20,000 nt of DNA from Lama guanicoe (taxonomy: Eukaryota). The DNA lies in the NCBI GenBank assembly GCA_013239625.1, contig MU054212.1:3600380-3620379 (forward strand), read 5' to 3'. Under the pieces are notes generated by a model that saw only the letters and a list, made by a program, of their open reading frames with translations, did no database searches and was not told the DNA's origin. Positions 1 through 10,262 of this stretch are shown piece after piece. A program made the position numbers and the translations under genes. Within the stretch, counting starts at the first letter, position 1; every line of letters begins with the position of its first letter.

Positions 1-346
1 CTGTTCTTAGATGGACTGTGAGCTTTCTGCACTGGGTCAGGACTGCTGGGGGAGCAGGCGTGCTGCACCTGGGGAAAGGTGGTGTTTAGAAGACCAGTCT
101 TTAAGTTCCCACATTTCTAAGCGGCAGAGCCTTTGGACTGCTAGGTCCGCTTCCCCAGTCGGTGGCTCAGTGCATCACACAGAGCTGGGAGAGGGTGCCT
201 TTAACAAGCGGGAGGATGTTGGGTCTGGATAATTAAGGAGACCGGTGCGAAAGGACGAGGGCACCTCATCTTCTGGCAGGTTTCTGGGGGCTTTTTTGTT
301 TTGTTTTTCAAAAAAATATAAAAGAATAGGTGGTGATTCTCCAAAA

Positions 347-436
347 ATGAGTTTGGAATCCTTCTTAAATAACACGTGCGTAGAACTTGAGGATGTCTGG
401 TGTGTGATAACGCCAAAAGTATCCACGATGCAGAAA
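347..436 (+). CDS. Candidate coding exon A of an unidentified spliced gene (MSLESFLNNTCVELEDVWCVITPKVSTMQK); may instead be an internal exon starting at 330
   Basis: Open frame within ORF 245..484. ATG at 347 has A at -3. A phase-0 donor AAA|gtgaga at 436/437 matches the phase-0 exon at 790. A possible acceptor aatag|G lies at 329/330 after a T-rich tract (292-308), but the bases just before the AG are purine-rich. Confidence 0.4.
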
Positions 437-789
437 GTGAGAGTGGAGTTCATAAACAAGGATTTGAGCAGTAAATTCCACTAATAAAATTCGAGTAAGT
501 TCTTTAGTTAATATAAGAGGATTTCCTTCCTATCACTTCCTCCCACACGCTGTACCCAGGAAGGTATTGCTGCCTAATTGAAACGTTTTCTAATAAGAGT
601 TTGGGTAAAACTAATTTTAAAGAACTCATTAGCTAGATATGATAACATGGCAGGCTTCCTAACAGCAGCTTTACTTGTTCCCTGTAAACAGAAAATTAAT
701 TAATGATGAAGAAAATAAATTAGTAATCGTATCAGAGGCATGAAAGGTAGTACTGTTTTCAACTTCTATGAACTATTAGTTCATTTCAG

Positions 790-879
790 CAAATTTCAAT
801 GGCCATGAAAGGTTCGTCTGAATACCAGGTTCTTGATGACTGGAGCCCCTGGAGTCAGATACCATATGAGCTCGTAATG
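790..879 (+). CDS. Candidate internal coding exon B (QISMAMKGSSEYQVLDDWSPWSQIPYELVM)
   Basis: Acceptor ttcatttcag|C at 789/790 and strong donor ATG|gtaaga at 879/880. Exactly 90 nt, phase 0-0, no stop, protein-like composition, flanked by AT-rich intron-like DNA. Confidence 0.6.
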
Positions 880-2142
880 GTAAGATATTTTGAAGTCTTA
901 CTATAAAACGCGTCGCCTGGGAAAACATTAGCAGCAAAGTGTTGCTATCTCCCTGAGCTATACAAATACACACTTACTTAAAAATGAGAATCTTTAGGAG
1001 TCAAGTATAAGAAAATAATTTTTAACCACTTTTCTATTTTTTTAAATTTAATCTTAAATGTTATTTTTATAATACAAAAGTAAAGTTCATTTCAAAAAAT
1101 CAAAGCGGCATGAAGTAGGTAAAATGTAGCCAGAAACTTGTTTTATGCCAACAAAGCAAAGCGGAGAATTTTGTTTTCTGAAGCAGGGTGGGGTGGGGTG
1201 AATGGTGGCTATTGGAGAAGGAAGGTTGTTTTATTTATGTTATTCAAGCCTCACCTACAAAATGTCTTATTCTCACTTTAATGTTGAAGAGCCAATACAT
1301 GGTTACATAAAACAGGGTTAAGTGGAATTCAGTAGTTACCCGTTTAAATTGGCCAACTTAAGTTCGTCAGCAACCAGAAGATTTCAGAAAATGTCACGTG
1401 GGGCATGCATTTTCTAAAGTTAAATTGGTATTTACATTGATTCCCTTACTGTAGTCGAAGTCTCACGTTATACTGAACAAGACAGGACCAGAACAAGATC
1501 CCTGGATGTAAAACACCATCCCTCAACAGTCTCCCCGCCCTTCTCCCTGTGTGCGTGATACACGCGCTACACAGTCCTGACTCCTTGCGTGGAGAAGTCA
1601 GCCCCTTCAGGACTCTGTTCTCTTTACATCCCAGGCTTGATTTGCACACACCCTGAAAACTCCTCACGTCAACCTACAGAACTGGGTGTCCTGGCTTTGT
1701 CTTCCATTTGTCCCTATCCTCATACCTTCAACAGGAGATTTTCTAAATTTGAAACACCCCTCCGTATTTATCCATCACATAAACTCCTCCACACCTTGGC
1801 GTGTAAGCACACCCGCACCCATAAAGTCTCCTTGTCACCCTCATGCACAGATTCATCATTCCTTCTGGGAACACACAGCACTCTGTGAAGATCACAGCAA
1901 CCTGTTACGTGCTCGCATGCCCATCTTCACGACGGAACCGCAGGGGTTTTATTCTGACTTACACCCACTCACCACTAGCACAGTGGCATAGAACAGATTT
2001 TGAGTCTTTATTTCAAAAATGAATCATTAAATGAAGGGCTGAATATTAAATCTGCCTTACTGAGAATCAACAGTCCGTTTTCTATAGGACGGGAAAGAAT
2101 AATGGATTCCGAAGCTTACACATCAGTTACTTATAATTTCAG

Positions 2143-2163
2143 GCAATATTAACAGCAAATTAA
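2143..2163 (+). CDS. Candidate terminal coding exon C (AILTAN-stop), followed by a putative 3' UTR
   Basis: Acceptor ttataatttcag|G at 2142/2143. Phase-0 reading is GCA ATA TTA ACA GCA AAT TAA. AATAAA lies at 2381-2386. Joined to exon B it gives WSQIPYELVMAIL. Confidence 0.35.
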   Translation, partial: AILTAN

Positions 2164-2380
2164 CAAGGACCTATGCATCCTTGATCCTAGCACACATGCC
2201 GATTTCTAACCTCCTGAACTTACATATACGTAGGTGGGCTTCAGCTTTTCTAGATGCCTCTGCTAAACCTTGACCATATTAACAGGAATGGCAGAGCCAG
2301 ACGAGATGGGCAAAGAAAGAAACAAGTTGATAAGTTTATTCAGGGATTTCTGAAAAAAAAAAAGGTTCATTCAGGGAGAA

Positions 2381-2386
2381 AATAAA
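2381..2386 (+). terminator. Candidate polyadenylation signal for the + strand gene model
   Basis: AATAAA about 220 nt after the stop at 2163. The motif is common in AT-rich DNA, so it is weak evidence alone. Confidence 0.2.
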
Positions 2387-2499
2387 ATAGAAAGAATCCA
2401 GATGCATTGGAAATCTCTGAGAACCGCCAGGAGAACTGAATCTTTACATCCTGAACCTTGCCGAGCCGACACAAAGCACGGTGCAGCGTCTTCCCCGCG

Positions 2500-2515
2500 C
2501 CAGCAGAGGGAAGCA
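2500..2515 (+). promoter_or_regulatory. CTCF-core-like motif in a small CpG-rich patch
   Basis: CCAGCAGAGGGAAGCA resembles the CTCF core CCASYAGRKGGCRS, with A in place of the conserved C. About 10 CpGs in 2461-2560 against a CpG-depleted background. Confidence 0.3.
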
Positions 2516-2779
2516 CGCGCTTCACTAACCCGGGAAGCAGGCTGTGCACAATTCCTGCGTTAGCAGCCAGAACTTGAGGAAGTGCTCCACCAACAAAGAT
2601 CTCGGGATCCTTCCACCTCAAGCAAAAGTCTCCCCCCAGAATGATACCCTTTAAGTATTTTTGTATTAACATCATTTCATCGAGTTCTATGGCAGGTTTC
2701 AAACTGTGGTTGTGTTTCTGCTTTGAGGCTGAGGATGTAGGAAAGGATGTCGGCTGTGGGGCTGGCAGAATAGGCTGGT

Positions 2780-2935
2780 ACATCTGGAGTCTACCGCTAA
2801 GTAGCCATGGGATTTGGTCAAGTTACTGAATCTTTCCAACCCTCCTTTTACTCACCTTTAATACAGATAATAAGATCTACCTTGTGGAGTAAGATCACAT
2901 AAACGTAGAAGTAGCAGCTAGATGTTCTGTAACCA
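2780..2935 (+). mobile_element. MIR SINE fragment (highly diverged)
   Basis: tagccatgggatttggtcaagttactgaatctttcc...ttttactcacctttaatacagataataagatctacctt resembles the MIR core (tgaccttgggcaagttacttaacctctctg...tttcctcatctgtaaaatggggataata). Confidence 0.65.
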
Positions 2936-3269
2936 TCTTGCCCCCTTCTCTGTTTCTTCCCACTTGGGAAAACAAACATCCACAAACGTCTATCACATGC
3001 AAGGCAAGGCACCTTGACAGAACCAAAAAGTGCCCAGAATCAGCCTTGCGTGAATTTGCCAAGTAAGACAAATTTCTCTGCCAGGAGATCTGGAGAGAGC
3101 ATGAGAACACTAGGCCTACTAGTAATAATGTAACGTTTTTTGAGAGTGAAAAACAGAACACACATTATGGAATTAAAAAATATGGAAGGCAAAGCCATTT
3201 AAGAAAGTGTAATAAAGAACTGTGACAGTTCCCAGGACCTGGTAGGAATTCAAGAGAATTCAGTCCTCA

Positions 3270-3836
3270 CTTATGAAGACATGGAAAGCACCTTAAGTGT
3301 GTGTTGACAGGTGAATGGCTAAAGAAAACGTAACACACACACACACCATGGAATATTATTCAGCCATAAAAAGAAGGAAATCCTGCCATTTGCAAACATA
3401 GATGAAACCTGAGGGCAAATGCTAAGTGAAGTAAGTCAGAGAAATACTTTATGACATCATGTATATATGAAATAAAAAAAAAAACTGCCTCAAAGAAGCA
3501 GACAGTAGTTTGATGTTTACTTGGCAGGGGGGTGGGGAGGGCTTAGGGATACATGAAGTTGATCCAAAGGTGCAAACTTCCAGTCATTACATGAATAAAT
3601 GAACATGTTCTGGGGATCTGATGTACAGCATGGAGACTGTAGTCAATAATACAGTGTGTAAAATATTAAAGTTCTCACCACACACACACAACTGGTAACT
3701 ATGTGAGGTGATGGATGTATTAACTAGCCTCATGGTAGTCATCATTTTGCAAAATATGCATTATCAAATCATCCCATTATACACCTTAAACTTATACAAT
3801 GTTAGAAGTCATAGTATCTCAGTAAAGCTGGGGGAA
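3270..3836 (+). mobile_element. 5'-truncated LINE-1 3' end (L1MA9/L1MA10-like) with target-site duplication
   Basis: Typical L1 3' motifs: atggaatattattcagccataaaaagaaggaaatcctgccatttgc, gctaagtgaagtaagtcaga, gatctgatgtacagcatgg, ggtaactatgtgaggtgatgg, and the end tatctcagtaaagctggg. TSD aattcagtcctca (3257-3269) / aagtcagtcctca (3837-3849). Two short (CA)n runs inside. Confidence 0.9.
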
Positions 3837-4631
3837 AAGTCAGTCCTCATCCTCACACACATATACACTCATCTCTCAAGATGCTGTTTAATATTATTCA
3901 TCTTAGTATGTTTTACATTTTGAAAAACATTTGAACGCTATTTTAACATAGGAATATTTTATATACATGAAAGAAAATAAAAATATATTCTGATTGCTCC
4001 AAGTCTTTATAGATTTTATTAGTCAAAATGTTCTCACTGGTTTTTGTGTTGCTTTTACCTTAAAGAGCTCAACTTTATTCTTAATGTCATAATACAGATC
4101 CGCCTAGCATTGGGAATGACTCTAATATGATAAATTGTATTAACAAATGTCCTAGAGTGAACTCTACTTTGTTGGGATGTACTGGTGACCCACAGCAAAG
4201 CCCGCCCAGGTAAAGCTCGGCGCAGTGAGAACTGCACTCACCAGTCTGTGAGGTCAGCGCCAACAGCAGACCTGCAGGGCCCTCCTCTGTGCTCTACCCT
4301 ATGATTTTCCTTTTATAACAACAAACACTTAGCACAACATAAAAAAAAAAAAAGACAGCAAAAAGGGATGAAAAAGCCCGACTCCACCAAAAATGTCAAC
4401 CAAGTGAGAACCAATAACGAAACCTGGGTACCCAACTGAGAATAAGCAGCTGAGAAATTCAGCGCAAAGACAGCAAAGTTCAGACCCCATGCTGACTTAC
4501 CGTGTTGGCACGGACTTGACAGGCTGTGTGCAGCGAGGCACAAGGAGTGCTCTGGTCCTCTTTGGCGGCTCCTGGTCAAAGACTGAGGTCTGCAGCAAGG
4601 ATCAGTGCAGGGGGTCTGGATGGGAGGTCCA

Positions 4632-5087
4632 TGAGAACTGTGAAAACAAGTTCACCCAAGTGAGGGCAAGAAGGGGCTACTCATTCAGCGCTTTCTACAG
4701 CAAGGGGGCCAGCCACCATCACTTGTGTTTGGCAGAAACGTCAAGGCAGGCAGAGAAGTGGGAAAGCCTTCTCATGGAAGCAGGATGCCTCCAGGTGAGC
4801 TCTGACTGGAGGCTGCTGCCACGGAGACACTGCAGGTGGGCTGGACGGAAGTGGAGCATCCTAGGCGATTGGTTAGGGGTGCATATTTGGCTTTCTCTGA
4901 TTGGTCCTAAGTTGGAAGAAAGGGTAAAAATTAGGGAAGCTGTCAGTTATTAATCACATTCTAGCCATTTTAGACCAATTGTCACATGGCTATGTTTGGC
5001 CTCCTGGACTGGTTGCTGCAGGCTGGGGTCAGAGTTTTATTTTTATATATAGCCTGGCCATTGTCCGTTTGCATATTTAGTCTCTCA
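4632..5087 (-). mobile_element. Solo ERV1-class LTR (MER90/MER110-like)
   Basis: 456 bp with TG...CA termini and inverted ends TGAGA...TCTCA. The - strand starts TGAGAGACTAAATATGCAAACGGACAATGGCCAG...TATATAAAA...AACTCTGACCCC, as I recall for this LTR group. CCAAT boxes on the - strand (gattgg at ~4868 and ~4899). No clean 4-bp TSD (tcca/ttaa). Confidence 0.8.
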
Positions 5088-5139
5088 TTAAGAGAGAAAT
5101 AAACATTAGGCCAGTAAGACGTCTTTCTTAATCTCTTGG

Positions 5140-5290
5140 GTGTCCTGGTCTCTGACTTCTGAGATCTCTTATTTCCTGTCTCCATAATCTTGGGGGGGTC
5201 ACTTATTCTCTGTAAGCCCCAGATCTGAAAAATGACAGGTTTCATCTAGAAAACAGTTCCCAGCCTCATGTTGTGAGTGTATAAATGGAT
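5140..5290 (+). mobile_element. Possible MIR fragment
   Basis: atcttggggggtcacttattctctgtaagccccagatctgaaaaatg...ttgtgagtgtataaatgga loosely follows the MIR core. Confidence 0.35.
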
Positions 5291-5931
5291 GGGAGAAATG
5301 GTTCTGGGGGAGGTGCACTTGGGTGGCGATTCAGAATTGCACAGAAGCCACAGGCTGCGTTACCTGTGCGGCAAACTCGAGTGAGTGATGTGACGTGCAG
5401 CTCAGGTAAACGCTACCTGGCAGGTATCTCGCTATGGCGGGGTGGGGGGAAATGGTTGAAAACCACTGGCCCGGTTAATCTGTCAGGTTCATTCCACTCC
5501 AGTTGTAATAAGGACCAATTCCCAGCTATAAACTCCCCAACTTTCAGTCTGTGCATGACTGTCACTGGCATTTATAAGAGTGGGAGCAAAAGTAAACATG
5601 GTCCTAATGACCTCCTTGGGGTCAACGGGCAGGTACGTGTTGATCAGAGGCCAAGATCAAACAGTGGTATTGATCAAGCCATTAAGTTCCTCCTGGTTTT
5701 CCAGTCTCACTAACCGTCATCCTCTTCTCCTTTCAGGTGCTTAATTGTTCTTATGGATGTCTATTTCTGAAGACAATGTAAGGTAAAATGCCACATACTG
5801 CCCTCTTCGGATTACTGAAATAACAGGCCACCTTCGGTCATTTTGAAAAGTTTTGCCTAAAATTGTGATGAATTTTCTTTTTTTTTTTTTAAATCTTGCT
5901 TACTTAGGTGTATATGCACAATGTTAGCTAC

Positions 5932-7085
5932 TGACTTATTCAGTAAATATTTATCATTCCTAGTAGATATCAGGCCATGACCTGGGTCCTGGGAAACTAT
6001 CAACAAATGAAAACAGGTAAGCCCTAGCCCTCGCTGCAGTTTGTGTTCTAACGCCATAAACTGGACGTTCCTAAAGGTGATAAGTACTGGGAAGTAAACT
6101 AAGAGCTACGAGAGCATTGGGCAAGAAGGGACTTGTTCATCTAGCTCCTGAGCTACAGAGACATTTACTTGAGTGAAGTCTTGAAGGATGAGTAGAAATG
6201 ACAACCAGACGTCATACACCCAAAAGAAAATGTGCAAAATCGAAGAGGTTGACTCTGGATCAACACGCTGAGAATAACTTGCTAATGAATAGTCTCTATT
6301 CTCCAGATCAGTGGGGATCATTGAGGTTTTAGTTTTCTGTTTTTGAAGCAGAAAAAGAATGACACAGCTGGATCTCATTTTCCATAGACCATTTGGGCGA
6401 CTGTGCAGAAGGTGGATGGAAGGAGGAAGAGGCCAGTACGTGTCAGATGTAACCATCAAGAGGCTGGTGAGGCCCTACGCTAGAACACGGGCAGCAGTGG
6501 TGAAAAGAACGGATGGATTAAGGAGACATTCCCAAAGGGCAACTGGCAAGTCTTGCTGAATGGCTTGTTCTAGAGGATAAAGGGACGCAGGAGAATCTGA
6601 GATGTCCTTAAGTTTTCCGTTGTACCAGACAGTGGAGTAAGAGAAGCAACTGAAACAGGAATTATAGAAGAAATAGGAAGTTTCTTCTCTTTCTTTCTTT
6701 TTTTGAAAGAGAATGAGGCTTGAATTTTAGCATTCTGTTAGATTTGTAGGTGTCTACTGAACATCAGAAACATAGACAAACGTCTGGAGACCAGTATGTG
6801 GGAGTTATCACCACCTAAGTGCTGGTTGAAGCCTTGGGAGATGATGATCTCCTTGAGTGTTTACATCTGCAACGACAAAAGAAGACTGGAGATCGACTCT
6901 AAGAGAAAACTGACTCTAGTAACTAAGAGGCAAGTCAAGGTAAGCCTGTGAAAGGACATGATCAACTCATCCAATGTCCCCAAGGAAACCTGAACCCAGC
7001 TTTCAGGGTTAAGCCGGGAGTCAGCCAATGGTGACCTGAGGGAACATGGCTTCAGTGGACACAGCCACTTGAAAGCAAATGGGGA
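5932..7085 (-). mobile_element. LINE-2 (L2a/L2b-like) 3' portion, diverged
   Basis: Starts with a reverse-complement L2 tail (ttattcagtaaatatttat...caggccatgacctgggtcctggga...gccctagccctc). Purine-rich antisense L2 motifs follow: tcttgaaggatgagtagaa, ttttgaagcag...aatgacacag, gttgaagccttgggagatgatgatctcc, caatggtgacctgagg...ttcagtgga. Confidence 0.75.
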
Positions 7086-7677
7086 TTTCACAACAGGGGT
7101 GATAATCATACATGTGTTTAAAAAAGGGATCACAAATATTATGTACCCCGGGTACAGGAGTGATGATTAGGAAGTATCACTCTGATGTGGAGAATAAAAT
7201 GGATGGGATTAGAGACTTCATGCTCTAACTCAAGCAGCTATCCCACTCATGCCTCTGTTATATACCGCGACAGATGCTCCGTCCGTTGGGAAATAAGAAG
7301 ACAAGAGAGAAGGTGGCAGAATAAATGTCTACGATATATAATTCAGTGAGGAGGTCCCAGTTACTTTAAAGACAATATATTCTAACATATAAAAAGCACC
7401 CCACCACCCCTATCGAAGTCCCTTCTGAAAACCTACCAGACACACCCAAAGATACAACTTTACCAAAATGCCTGGGTCCTGAACAAGCGTACAAGAAGGA
7501 AACACAGGCAGAAGAAGAGACATTGCTATTCCTCGGTGGCTCTGTCTAAATTGTTTTCTGATATGGCTGATGAACAACTCATAGGAAGAAACCCTTTTGG
7601 ACATAACTATTCAAACTCACTACATTGCTTTATTCTCCAAACTGCACATTAAAAAAAAATTACAAGAACAGTAAGAA

Positions 7678-7900
7678 CAGTATTTGTATAGCATTTTTTA
7701 TACAATTGATTTTTTAAACGCAGTATCTTATTCAACTGCCCAATAATCTTATGGACCAGATGATGTTATTATCATAATTATTAAAATGTGAAAAACAAGC
7801 CTCAGAACAGGATAATGAATTTAACTTCAGGTTGTCTCGAGGAAAAGGCAGAGCCAGGATTTAACTGAATCCAGGTAATCTGATCCCTGCACTCTTTCCT
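7678..7900 (-). mobile_element. MIR SINE (diverged)
   Basis: tatttgtatagcattttt...atcttattcaact...caataatctt...gaaaaacaagcctcaga...ggcagagccaggatttaa...ccaggtaatctga matches antisense MIR. Confidence 0.7.
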
Positions 7901-9649
7901 CAGTATTAACTTGCTTGTTCAACAGGTGATGCCTGGACCCATAGAGATTTCCTTTAATTCCTTTAAGAGAAACAAATTGCTCTTTTAACTGGGCTACTTC
8001 CCCTATGATTTGACAAATCACAGTTGGGGAAGACCATACCATTTCGTATGGGGTTGGTGTTTACAATTTTAATTAGACAAGAAGCTTTTACTATTTCAAA
8101 TTCTTAAGTATGTGATAAAAATATATATAATAAAAGAAAGTCGCGTTTTGAGTGGTAGAGAAAGTTTCCTCTGACATTTCATTCAAGCGACTGTGCCCTA
8201 CAAGGAGGTAAGGTAATCAAGCTTTAAAAAGTTGTCTGGCCCCTGGTGAAACATACGAAAGGAACACATGAATGACTTTAAGAGTCTTCTGACCTTTCAG
8301 CAACATGCCAAGGCAAAGCGGTGACGATGACTTATTTAAATCCTGCAGAAAAGTCTTAAATAATTAGTTGAGGGTCAAAGAGAAGCATTAACTAATGGAA
8401 GAATATTTAAAATATCTGCAGGTTATATGTACAAAATCAAGTCATTGCATGCCTCCTCATCACATATTTAAGAGATTTTTTTCAGGAATATTTTGATGAG
8501 ACTTTAGGTTTTTAATGTTTACACAGACCTAGAATATAATACTTGGGATCCACTGTATGCTGGAGTGTTTGAAATGGAGGATGAAGGAGGCATGGTCTTC
8601 TGGAAGAGGCAGGATGATTTAAGAGAAAGGTTAGGAGGCCAAAATGAGAAGAAGTGATGTACACAACCTATAAAACCAAGGCAGAGGGTGTGTGTCAATA
8701 GCCCACTGTCGTGAGAAGTTCCTGGTGGCTTTTCTTTTAAGCGGCAGGAACTCAAGTCGGGTGATTTTATATTCATTCATCTGAACCACATTCAGCTGCC
8801 AATGCCGATACCCGGTCCTGAAGGCCTGAGGCATACTCATGCAAATTTCTGGACTAATCCGATTTCTGTAAAGCTGCTGTCTTCTTTACAGCTTGGGCTG
8901 TGCTCTTCGAAAATATTTGGAAACTTATCTATTTACTTCATATGTACCTTTTTCCTGGGGCACTCTCACCGTACATGGAAGGGGACCTCTTAAGAGTCTC
9001 GGGCCACCTTCCCCGTGTAGAAAAGTAACTGAGGTACTGGATGGTGGCGATGCTGCTCTTCTTGCTGGATGACATCTAATTGCTAGTCCCACAGGATGGG
9101 ACAAGGTGATTCTAAACTTCAGCCAGAATAAAGCAACTCTGGAAACCCAAGCTTCGTTCTTCCATTGTAATCACTGACTGACATGGTGGCCAAGGGCAAA
9201 TCAGAGACAGAGAATTTTTGTCACCCACAGACCCGAGACCACGTTAGTTGAATAAATGACACGTTAAGCCATGCTTGGCCATTATACTTCCTGCTGGGAG
9301 TTGTGACAAATCATAGACTTCAAAATGCCATCATGGGGGAAAAATGAGTTCTTTAGGAAAGAACAGTATTTGTCTTCCTCAAGTATAACTCATCATTAAG
9401 AACGAGTGTCTGGAAAAGAAAACAGTTCTTCAGTTGACATTCTAGCTTTGCCCCTTTTATTAACGTTAGAATTCTGTAAAGGAAAATCTGCATGTCCTTA
9501 CTAGTTCTCTTGATCCCTTGCTAATCTGTAATTAGGGAAGTAGCAATTTGTGTAAGAGATTTTTTAGATGCATAATGCAAACAGGAGAAAATCATGCCTC
9601 TTGAAAAATAATATCTTAAAATTTTTAATACATTTTAAGCTATGCTATC

Positions 9650-9740
9650 TAATATTTTATATATACATTATATGTATTTACACATATATCTCAAATATAT
9701 ATGTTAAGTATATATATTAATATTTATATATACATTTTTA
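9650..9740. repeat. AT-rich/(TA)n-like low-complexity tract
   Basis: tatatatacattatatgtatttacacatatatctcaaatatatatgttaagtatatatattaatatttatatatac. Confidence 0.8.
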
Positions 9741-10189
9741 AAAGGTCCTTAGTAGACATGAGTAAAAGAAGACACAAAAAGCCAACTTGCTACTTAAAGC
9801 TTTATATTCTACATAGATGTTGATTATCAAGGATGTATTAAATAATAATTGGACTTATTATTATTTAAGAAGATATATTGCAGCCTGTGTTTTTCCAACC
9901 AAAATAAAATAAAGCAAAGTAGAAACAGACTAAAGTACAGTCAATCTATTTCAAACTCTAAAATGGAATGCCTGTCTGCTTTACAACAGACACCGACTTG
10001 GATCCTTTCTCCATTCTAAGCCAAAAATCACCTTGCATCTCTCAAATGAAGGACATGCTTTTTAATGTTGCCTTTTTTTTAATGGCACTAATTTGCTTCA
10101 TTAACAGTAAGATCAGGTAAAAATTGACATCCAGAATAGTTAGATGAGCCTTTAGAGGAGTATTTTTTTTTAACCTAGAACAATCAATT

Positions 10190-10262
10190 TCATTTTACAT
10201 ACATTATCTCATCGGTCTCTAACGTTGCTCAAGGATGGTGTTATCTACATTTTGCAGATAAG
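10190..10262 (-). mobile_element. MIR fragment
   Basis: ttttacatacattatctcat...gttatctacattttgcagataag matches the antisense MIR core. Confidence 0.5.

Noticed and set aside
972..1020. - strand AA|GTAAGT donor with a possible 14-nt microexon
   Set aside because: Weak AAG acceptor, frame-shifting length and no partner exons identified.
1186..1208. G-rich run gggtggggtggggtgaatggtgg as a G-quadruplex
   Set aside because: Only three tracts of three or more G, so it does not meet the canonical G4 pattern.
2367..2783. 138-aa - strand ORF
   Set aside because: No recognisable domain or supporting splice structure; it overlaps the MIR edge and the CpG patch, and the length is compatible with chance.
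4489..4953. 154-aa + strand ORF
   Set aside because: It runs mostly antisense through the solo LTR, with no gag/pol/env similarity and no protein-like features.
5285..5713. 142-aa + strand ORF
   Set aside because: No recognisable family, and the low stop density is explained by locally higher GC.
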